Positions 17,163-24,447 of a stretch of 64,000 bases of DNA are shown here, piece by piece. This stretch comes from Deltaproteobacteria bacterium (GTDB lineage Bacteria > UBA10199 > SPLOWO2-01-44-7). The notes under the pieces are model-generated. The model did not search any database. It was not told where the DNA came from and was given only the letters and a program-made list of their open reading frames with translations. The position numbers were made by a program, and so were the translations under genes. The first letter of the stretch is position 1. Each line of letters opens with the position of its first letter. The DNA lies in contig JAUSII010000035.1 in NCBI GenBank assembly GCA_030648035.1, positions 15,611 through 79,610 on the forward strand. The letters run 5' to 3'.

Positions 17163-18486
17163 AAATATTTTGGACTTCTTGAACAGCGTTTCGCATCGTA
17201 TCATTAATCGAGATGCCAGAAAAGTAATTTCCGGTTAGATAGAGTCCTTTTGATAATTGCAGTTGTTCTTGAATCCCTCTCAACTTATTTTTATGTCCCA
17301 GAGTATATTGAGGAATGGCATTGGAAATTTTGGTGACGACGGAATCGGTCACCTTTAAGGCGCGACCCAGGAGAGGGTGGAGCTCCTCCACCACTTTTTG
17401 TAAAATGGCCTCTTCTGAAAGCATCATGGCTGAAGGATTTTTGGCGCCTCCTACAAAACAGGTTAATAACACAGATTGATCATCGGGACAGCGGCTGTCA
17501 AAGATAGTAGAGGACCAGAGGCAGCCCAACAAAAGATTGCTTTCTTTGGTTCCGGTGAGAAAGCCAAAACCGTTGAGGGGGCGTTTTAGTGTCGAGCGGT
17601 CGACCACGAGATGTACGACACTGACCGAAACGTAAGGAATGCTTTTTAAAACAATCGATAAGTTGGGATCCACTGTTTCCAAAAGGGAGGCTGCGGCATA
17701 GGCGGGTAATGCCAGCAGTATGGAAGAGGCCTCTTCTTCATGGGTTTTATCGGCCTGCTTCCATTTCACCCGCCAAGTCGATTTTTCTTTTATCAGCCGG
17801 ATATCCTGGCAATCGAGAAGGCATTGTTCCCGAACCTCTTCGTAGAGACCGTTGACCAATGTTTGTAAACCGTCATGGAAAGAAGAGAGGGTCTGTCCCT
17901 TGGAAAAAAGACGGGCCTTTGAGAGGGCTTTGAAAAGGCTTCCATATTCTTGTTCCCATTTTGCAATATTCGGCGCAATGGCCGGCATGCTCAAGTTTGC
18001 CGCATTTCCGGCGTAGATGCCGTGGATCATGGGACCCACCAGATGGAGAGCTTCTTTACCGAGGCGTCTTGTTACAAATTGGGCAACGCTCTCTTCTTCG
18101 GAAGAGTTTGCGGGAATAAGGGGCTCCATGAGCAGTCTCATTTTTCCCATGGGGCTAAGCAGGGATGTTTTAAAAAAATCAAAACCACTTTTGGGAACGC
18201 GTCTCAATTTGCGTTTGTGGAGGATGTAGCGGTTTTTGGCCGCCGGCTTTGAAGGGGTTTTTTGTTTTTGAATGTCCAATTCCCGGATGTGGTCCGCCAG
18301 CGTTTCCTGATTTTCCAAAAAACTGTTGGGCCCCATTTCCAACAGAAATCCATGATGTCGAAGGCTTTGAATGCGGCCCCCCCAACGGGAAGATTTTTCG
18401 AGCAAAAGAAAGGGTTTTCCCGCCTTTTTGAGTTGATAAGAAGCGGTCAGACCGGCGATGCCGGCGCCCAACACGATTGTTTTCAT
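17149..18486 (-). CDS. hemY: FAD-dependent protoporphyrinogen/coproporphyrinogen III oxidase (HemY type)
   Basis: N-terminal dinucleotide fold VLGAGIAGLTASYQL...LLEKSSRWGGRI. Size of 445 aa and overall pattern fit the HemY family. Confidence 0.75.
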   Translation of the reverse strand: MKTIVLGAGIAGLTASYQLKKAGKPFLLLEKSSRWGGRIQSLRHHGFLLEMGPNSFLENQETLADHIRELDIQKQKTPSKPAAKNRYILHKRKLRRVPKSGFDFFKTSLLSPMGKMRLLMEPLIPANSSEEESVAQFVTRRLGKEALHLVGPMIHGIYAGNAANLSMPAIAPNIAKWEQEYGSLFKALSKARLFSKGQTLSSFHDGLQTLVNGLYEEVREQCLLDCQDIRLIKEKSTWRVKWKQADKTHEEEASSILLALPAYAAASLLETVDPNLSIVLKSIPYVSVSVVHLVVDRSTLKRPLNGFGFLTGTKESNLLLGCLWSSTIFDSRCPDDQSVLLTCFVGGAKNPSAMMLSEEAILQKVVEELHPLLGRALKVTDSVVTKISNAIPQYTLGHKNKLRGIQEQLQLSKGLYLTGNYFSGISINDTMRNAVQEVQNIYDAN

Positions 18487-18525
18487 AATAAGAATTGGTT
18501 ATACACAGAATGGTTTTTACAAAAA

Positions 18526-18549
18526 TGATGTGTATCATGATTTATATCA
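18526..18549. promoter_or_regulatory. Two abutting FNR/Crp-type boxes, TGATgtgtATCA followed by TGATttatATCA
   Basis: Two exact motifs back to back in the 108-nt divergent gap between hemY (start 18486) and the giant cytochrome (start 18595). A perfect TATAAT lies at 18574-18579, 33 nt from the centre of box 2. Confidence 0.6.
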
Positions 18550-18594
18550 TTGGTAATATGATGAGTCTCTCCTTATAATGAGGGCGGTCAATTT

Positions 18595-21084
18595 ATGCCT
18601 ATATCAGGTCTGTCTAAGCGGTTTTCCTTTTCATTTTTATTGTGCCTCTTTCTTTTTTTTGTTGTGGGTTGCGGTCAGTCCAAGCCCTTGGGGTCCGGCT
18701 CCGTAGCGCAGGGTGATGCCAATCAGAACATATCCCCGGGTGGTAGTATTCCTATTGCTTCCAGCATTTTTCCCCATTCAGACAATTGGGCTGAACCGGC
18801 GCAACATGGAGGTTGGGTCAATCGGGATGGAGCCGAAACCTGTCTTAAGTGCCATGTCGAAATGGGCCCTGCAGATGGAGCCCCTTCTTGCAGTTCCTGC
18901 CACGCCTTGTTCCCGCATAAAGAAAACTGGGTGAAGAAGGAAAATCACGGGGAGTTTGTAACAAAAAATGGCCAAGCCTCTTGTGCCACCCAGTGCCATG
19001 GCACTGATTTGAAAGGGGGGCTGTCAGGAATCTCCTGCAGTTTGTGTCACACGATCTTTCCCCATTCCAGAACCTGGAAAAATGCGGAAGAGCATGGACC
19101 GGTAGCGAAAGAGGGCGGTAAAAATTTGTGCAAAGGGTGTCATGGCAATGATTTCCGTCGTGAAGTGAACGGTAAAAATTGTTTTAGCTGTCATGCTCTC
19201 TATCCGCATGAAGCTGGCTGGTTTGAGTTGGGCAAACACGGTGAATATGTGGTGCAAAATGGCACAGCTGGCTGTGCCACCCAATGTCACGGCCCCAATT
19301 TACAAGGAGGACTGTCGGGGAGGGCCTGTGATAGTTGTCATGTCATGATGCCGCATGCGGCCGGTTGGGGAACGTTTGAAGGACACGCCCGGCATATTGC
19401 GACAACCCTGGATCACAACCTGGTGACCTGCCAACGCTGTCATGGAGAAGATTATAGTCGCGAGATAAATGGCAAAAATTGTTTTAGCTGTCATGCCGGA
19501 TATCCTCATACCTCCAATTGGGGAGAGGGGAGTCAGCATGGGCCCATGGCTTATGGTTTGGGCAAACAGGGTTGTGCCACTTCCAATTGTCATGGAACCC
19601 GTTTTGAAGGCAATGTCCAGACCGGAGCCCCTTCTTGCACTGGATCCTGTCATGGGGTCACACCGCATGCCGATTATCCACATGAGTTGTCGCCAAAATG
19701 GATGACATTAGAAACCAGAAGAGAATCTTTGAGAGACGAAGCGTTTCATGGCGATCGATTTATTCGGGAACTTCAGCGGGGTGATGCGGCTCCGTGCAGT
19801 GCTTGCCATGGTGTCAATTATGACCGACCGGTCGGAGGCGCTCAATGTACCGTTTGCCATTCGCAAGGTGTAAGCCATAGGACTGTCGACGGTGTGGCCT
19901 GGAATTCTGGTACGGGTCATGGAAAGTTTTTTTCGAGTCAATTTAATGCAGTCAATCCCTCTTCCACTTGTCGCGCTTGCCATGGTAGCGCGATCGATTT
20001 TAATGCAACCCAAACGAGAGATGAGTTGCAAAGGCAATCCTTATGTTACACTTGTCATCTGGCGTATCCGCACATTGCCTTCCGCAACGACGGAAATAAT
20101 CATGCATGGGAACCGGTGGTGGCCAATGAATGTGGTCCACGCAATGTTACCAATTGGGGACATATTTTTGCTTTGATGAACGGCCCTCTTTTTTCGGATA
20201 CCCGCGCTACTTGCGGTGGAGGTGCTGGTGGCAGTTGCCATGCAGATGGTTTGAGAGCCTATCGAACCGGTAATGCAGCGGAGCCATGTGCTCTCTGCCA
20301 TAACGTGGCGACTACTTTGCCGCCACCCGATTTGCCGGAGTGCGAAGTCCCTCCTTCGGATCAACAGATTGCCGGGGCACCCATGGTGATCAGAACCTGG
20401 CCTCCAAGTGGAGAGCAAAATGCGGGTGTTTCTGGAACCGTCGTTGTGTATTTCAATGAGGCGATGTTCAGTCCCAGCGTCAAGCAGGCAGGGACAGTGG
20501 TTTTGCGTAAGGTGAGTGATGATTCCATAGTCCCGACAAGTCTGACTTGTCCCGACAATAATTGGTGCAAAACGACAACGCTACGACCCCTCAATCCTCT
20601 TCAAAACAACACAAACTATGAAATTCGTGTGACCACGGTTGCCAAAGATTGGGGTGGAACGCCGATGGCCGCAGAATATCGCGGGACTTTCAAAACGGTT
20701 CCTCTCGACGTCACTCGGCCGACGGTTGTCTCCACGGTTCCGGTCTCCGGTGCTGTTGGCATATCCGCCGACCTGCCGCAAATTGATGTTTTTTTTAGTG
20801 AATCGCTACGCCCTATCGGCCATCTTGGTTTCACCATAAAAGTGGTGAGAGTGTTCGATCCCAATCCGGAGGGGGGCGTTCTTAATGTGAGAGAGGGTTT
20901 TCTGGATTGTGTGACAGCCGACTGTCGGCAAACAAGATTTTCCATACCGGCACCACGCAGAGGATACCCACACCGGTTTGTTATTGGTGAAGCCTATACC
21001 GTGACCATTTTTGCCAGCCAGATTAAAGATCTGATGGGTAATGCGATGGCGGCAGATTATCACTGGACATTTACAACGCGTTAG
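18595..21084 (+). CDS. Giant lipoprotein multiheme c-type cytochrome with two C-terminal Ig-like domains
   Basis: Lipobox FVVGC. Thirteen CxxCH motifs plus CX3CH (three), CX4CH (one) and one CX7CH variant. A repeated CxxCH-xx-(F/Y/M)PH module. The C-terminal 240 aa are beta-rich and SbsA/Big-like (APMVIRTWPPSG..., RPTVVSTVPVSG...). Confidence 0.8.
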   Translation: MPISGLSKRFSFSFLLCLFLFFVVGCGQSKPLGSGSVAQGDANQNISPGGSIPIASSIFPHSDNWAEPAQHGGWVNRDGAETCLKCHVEMGPADGAPSCSSCHALFPHKENWVKKENHGEFVTKNGQASCATQCHGTDLKGGLSGISCSLCHTIFPHSRTWKNAEEHGPVAKEGGKNLCKGCHGNDFRREVNGKNCFSCHALYPHEAGWFELGKHGEYVVQNGTAGCATQCHGPNLQGGLSGRACDSCHVMMPHAAGWGTFEGHARHIATTLDHNLVTCQRCHGEDYSREINGKNCFSCHAGYPHTSNWGEGSQHGPMAYGLGKQGCATSNCHGTRFEGNVQTGAPSCTGSCHGVTPHADYPHELSPKWMTLETRRESLRDEAFHGDRFIRELQRGDAAPCSACHGVNYDRPVGGAQCTVCHSQGVSHRTVDGVAWNSGTGHGKFFSSQFNAVNPSSTCRACHGSAIDFNATQTRDELQRQSLCYTCHLAYPHIAFRNDGNNHAWEPVVANECGPRNVTNWGHIFALMNGPLFSDTRATCGGGAGGSCHADGLRAYRTGNAAEPCALCHNVATTLPPPDLPECEVPPSDQQIAGAPMVIRTWPPSGEQNAGVSGTVVVYFNEAMFSPSVKQAGTVVLRKVSDDSIVPTSLTCPDNNWCKTTTLRPLNPLQNNTNYEIRVTTVAKDWGGTPMAAEYRGTFKTVPLDVTRPTVVSTVPVSGAVGISADLPQIDVFFSESLRPIGHLGFTIKVVRVFDPNPEGGVLNVREGFLDCVTADCRQTRFSIPAPRRGYPHRFVIGEAYTVTIFASQIKDLMGNAMAADYHWTFTTR

Positions 21085-21115
21085 ATGAAAAAGGAATGCA
21101 AGGGGAGGGACGCGG

Positions 21116-22381
21116 TTGAAAAATGGACCTGTTTTTTTGAAGGGATGTTTTTTTCTCCTTTTTTTATTTTTTTCTCCTCTAAGCCTCCATGCGGCGGATT
21201 ATAGCGTTGATCTTTTGTCCATTGGTCAGGTTCGCAAAGCTCCCATCACCAACCAACAACAGATTCCTGAAAATGGTTATGTAGGTGGCACAGCCCATTT
21301 TGAAAAATGGAATTTTTCAAATCAGACCAACATGCGTTTCTTTCGGGATTTCGACAGCAAACTGGATGAATATGATCTCTACCAGACCGTTTTTCATCTG
21401 GAACCTGCAAAGGCATTGACACTTGATTTGGGAAGACAGTTCGTTAATCAGGGATTCATGGTGGAAATTTTGGATGGGATTCAGGCGACTGTCATTCCGG
21501 AGGAGCATGTTGCTGTCACTGGTTTTTCAGGTATTCCCCGGAGCATGGAATTTGGACAATTCAGAAAAAATGATCTTTTATTGACGGGCTTGTCGGTCGG
21601 TTTGAAAAATGTGGCCAGGACAAAGGCCTCCGTTCATGGCGCCTGGCGCTCCAACAATCTACATATCATGGATCTGAACAGCAATGATCAGGTGCAGGTG
21701 GGTGGAAATTTTTCACACCAGTTTGCGGTTAATATGATGCCGATGTTTTATAGTTTGGCGGAGTATGATACCACCGGAAAAGTTTTTAATACTGCCACGG
21801 TCGGGTTTGACCTCTACCCCTCCTCACGTTTTTCAATAAATGGTGAGGGAAATTATTACAACTTAAGCCGGGATCTTGACCTTCAAACCGTTCAAGCCAC
21901 TTATTCCAAGGGGCCCACGTTGAATGGGCGTTTTGCTTTCACTTGGAAAGTCGTTCCGCAGTTTCTCAATCTGGTTCCCAGTTACACTTTCAACCGGATG
22001 GGAGTCACGGCAACGAATGATTTTAAAAATGCCCATCAAGTCGATGCCGCTCTTCAACTGTTGCTGGAAGACGTGGGTCTTCGTGTGGAGCCGGCGTATT
22101 ATTATGCCAAAAGTTTTGGCGGAAGTTTGAAAGGGGCGAGGCTCGGTCTCCATAAAACATTCAATGACCGGTTGTATGCCGATTTGACTTTCGACTTTAC
22201 AGCCTACAAAAAAATTACCAACGACAATGACAACGCCTACTCCACCATTTTTTGGACCGGTTATGAGGTGGCGAAGGGGCTGACTCTTTCCGGAGGAATG
22301 GAATACAACAAGAACAATCTGTTTGATAAAGATATCAGGGGCTCTTTCAGACTCGATTATCATCTGAATCGTGGGAGTTAA
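21116..22381 (+). CDS. Predicted outer-membrane beta-barrel (porin partner of the cytochrome cluster)
   Basis: Signal peptide ending LSLHA-AD. Alternating hydrophobic beta-strand periodicity, rich in Tyr/Gly/Asn/Phe. TTG start with a GGGGAGGGA SD. No family recognised by eye. Confidence 0.45.
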   Translation: MKNGPVFLKGCFFLLFLFFSPLSLHAADYSVDLLSIGQVRKAPITNQQQIPENGYVGGTAHFEKWNFSNQTNMRFFRDFDSKLDEYDLYQTVFHLEPAKALTLDLGRQFVNQGFMVEILDGIQATVIPEEHVAVTGFSGIPRSMEFGQFRKNDLLLTGLSVGLKNVARTKASVHGAWRSNNLHIMDLNSNDQVQVGGNFSHQFAVNMMPMFYSLAEYDTTGKVFNTATVGFDLYPSSRFSINGEGNYYNLSRDLDLQTVQATYSKGPTLNGRFAFTWKVVPQFLNLVPSYTFNRMGVTATNDFKNAHQVDAALQLLLEDVGLRVEPAYYYAKSFGGSLKGARLGLHKTFNDRLYADLTFDFTAYKKITNDNDNAYSTIFWTGYEVAKGLTLSGGMEYNKNNLFDKDIRGSFRLDYHLNRGS

Positions 22382-22382
22382 A

Positions 22383-22955
22383 ATGAGAAAGAATTTATTG
22401 AAATCGGGATTTCTTCTGCTGATGGCGCTTTTTCTTTTGTATGCCGGAAGCGTGCAATCCAAAGCCAAAAAACAGACACATCCCTTTGATCTGTTCGATC
22501 ATGAAATGCACACCGGCATTTTTGAGGGGGTCAGTTTTTCGTGCGAAAACTGCCATGCCGATCCCGAATCGTTTCAGGATCGCAAAAAGATAAACCGGTT
22601 GGGATGTCATATGTGCCATAACAATCCCAATCCACCGGTGCCGGGCACGCAGGATTGCAAAGTTTGTCATGCCAGTGGGTTTCCAAAACCGGAAAGTCAT
22701 AAAACCGCATGGATTGCCAAACATCAGACCTACGCCAAACAGGATCCGCAATATTGCACCCAGTGTCATTCCAATGCGATGTTCTGTGTCGATTGTCATC
22801 AGCGTCGTGACACGATCCAGACCAAGATGCACCAGAGGAATTTTTTATTTTATCACTCGATCGAAGCGAGGGCCAACCCGCGCAAGTGTGACGAATGTCA
22901 TAGTATCAACTATTGTGAGCAGTGCCATTCTGGAAAGGGGAATTCCAAAAAATGA
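22383..22955 (+). CDS. Periplasmic heptaheme c-type cytochrome
   Basis: Signal peptide and seven CxxCH motifs (CENCH, CHMCH, CKVCH, CTQCH, CVDCH, CDECH, CEQCH) in 190 aa. The ATG lies 1 nt after the barrel gene's stop. Confidence 0.8.
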   Translation: MRKNLLKSGFLLLMALFLLYAGSVQSKAKKQTHPFDLFDHEMHTGIFEGVSFSCENCHADPESFQDRKKINRLGCHMCHNNPNPPVPGTQDCKVCHASGFPKPESHKTAWIAKHQTYAKQDPQYCTQCHSNAMFCVDCHQRRDTIQTKMHQRNFLFYHSIEARANPRKCDECHSINYCEQCHSGKGNSKK

Positions 22956-23260
22956 AGGGGCTGTTTTTAATCATATTGTTTTGTTCTTTAGCCGTGGTTA
23001 CTAGTTGCGGCGGGAGCGCCTTCAATGAAGGAGAAAATTTCGGCAATCTTCTCGACACCACTGGCGGTTTGACCTTAAGCCAATCCGAGCATGAAATTGG
23101 CTGGGGGCAGGCGGATTGTTTGCCTTGTCATAATCTGGAGAATATTCATCTGGTCAACCGGACGGGAACCGCCATTGATATCGTCGCCATTCACAATCAG
23201 GCCTTGAGCGGGGGCATTGCCAGCTGTGCCAGCTGTCACGGCAATAATGGGGCTCCGTAA
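22952..23260 (+). CDS. Small diheme c-type cytochrome lipoprotein
   Basis: Lipobox VVTSC, with CLPCH and CASCH. ATGA overlap with the heptaheme gene's stop. Confidence 0.7.
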   Translation: MKGLFLIILFCSLAVVTSCGGSAFNEGENFGNLLDTTGGLTLSQSEHEIGWGQADCLPCHNLENIHLVNRTGTAIDIVAIHNQALSGGIASCASCHGNNGAP

Positions 23261-23280
23261 AAATATGGGATGGGGGGAGT

Positions 23281-23970
23281 ATGAAGAAAATAACGGTCAT
23301 TGGGAGTATTTGTCTGGTTTTTCTGTTTTCTTCCGATCGGGCTTGGGGAAAAAACAGCTGTATTTCTTGCCATCAGGAGCAGACCCAGTCCAAGCGCCTC
23401 GAACATAATTATGCCGACTGGAAAAAATCGATTCATGCCTCCAAGGGGATAGGATGTGATGCCTGTCATGGTGGTCATTCCGACACCTTCAATCCGGTCA
23501 ATGCTCATGAGGGGGTGTTGTCCTCCCGCGATAAAAATTCACCCATCTATTTTCAGAATATTCCCAAAACCTGCGGGCAATGTCATGTGGAGGAGCTGAA
23601 GGAATTTCAAAAAAGCGTTCACTATAAATTGCTCGAGGATTCCGGCAAAGGTCCAAATTGTCTGACTTGTCATGGGTCGATGGCAACCACCATTCTGGCC
23701 CACTCGCAACTCGATCAGACCTGTTCTCTTTGCCACGGCAAACCGATTCAGGCAGCCAAGGCGTTGAGCCTCATACAGTCGATTAAAAACTCACTGGATG
23801 TGCTGCAGAAAAAAAAGGGCCAATATGAAAATAAAGAAAAGATCACCGAATTTTGGGCGCGTTACAGGGAAATTCAAAAAAAATGGCACTCTTTTGATAT
23901 TGCCGCTTTGACAAATAAGTCCAAAGAGTTGTTGAAAGAGATCAAGGAGTTTGAAAAAAAATGCAAATAG
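23281..23970 (+). CDS. Pentaheme c-type cytochrome
   Basis: Signal peptide and five CxxCH motifs (CISCH, CDACH, CGQCH, CLTCH, CSLCH). Helical, Lys/Glu-rich C-terminal tail. Confidence 0.8.
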   Translation: MKKITVIGSICLVFLFSSDRAWGKNSCISCHQEQTQSKRLEHNYADWKKSIHASKGIGCDACHGGHSDTFNPVNAHEGVLSSRDKNSPIYFQNIPKTCGQCHVEELKEFQKSVHYKLLEDSGKGPNCLTCHGSMATTILAHSQLDQTCSLCHGKPIQAAKALSLIQSIKNSLDVLQKKKGQYENKEKITEFWARYREIQKKWHSFDIAALTNKSKELLKEIKEFEKKCK

Positions 23971-24443
23971 ATCGGCGCGATTTTTTGAAATATTCCATTT
24001 GGGGTTTGGGCCTTCTGGCAGGGGCCTCCCTCTTTGTTCCGGGAGCCGGATATTTTTTGTCGCCGGCATGGAAGGAGATGACGGAAGACTGGATTTTGTT
24101 GGGAGATGCCGACAAAATTCCGGTGGGAGAGCCAACCAAGCTGGAGTTCGTGCAACGGCGCAAAGATGGATGGATGACGGTGGAAAAAAAACGTTCAGCG
24201 TGGATTTTAACTCAAGACGGAAAATCTTTTACCGCTTTTGATCCGCATTGCACGCATTTGGGATGCCCTTACCGATGGGATGTCTCCAAACAGGAATTTC
24301 TTTGCCCGTGCCACAATGCCGTGTTCGGTATCAATGGCAATGTCATTTCCGGTCCGCCACCCAGGCCCCTGGATCGCTACGCGACACGCATGGAAGATGG
24401 AAAGTTGTGGCTACTCCCCGTGCTGGAAAAGGAAAAAACTTAA
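23961..24443 (+). CDS. Rieske [2Fe-2S] protein (Tat-exported) of a bc/b6f-type complex
   Basis: Twin-arginine signal MQIDRRDFLK. Rieske boxes CTHLGC and CPCHNAVF. Overlaps the pentaheme gene by 10 nt. Confidence 0.9.
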   Translation: MQIDRRDFLKYSIWGLGLLAGASLFVPGAGYFLSPAWKEMTEDWILLGDADKIPVGEPTKLEFVQRRKDGWMTVEKKRSAWILTQDGKSFTAFDPHCTHLGCPYRWDVSKQEFLCPCHNAVFGINGNVISGPPPRPLDRYATRMEDGKLWLLPVLEKEKT

Positions 24444-24447
24444 AAAA

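Noticed and set aside
16497-17207. 236-aa plus-strand ORF
   Set aside because: It is antisense to the octaheme cytochrome gene, whose eight CxxCH motifs and TM anchor identify the real frame.
24238-24447. 70-codon N-terminal extension of the cytochrome b ORF
   Set aside because: It lies inside the Rieske gene in another frame. ATG 24448, 4 nt after the Rieske stop, gives a canonical cytochrome b N-terminus.
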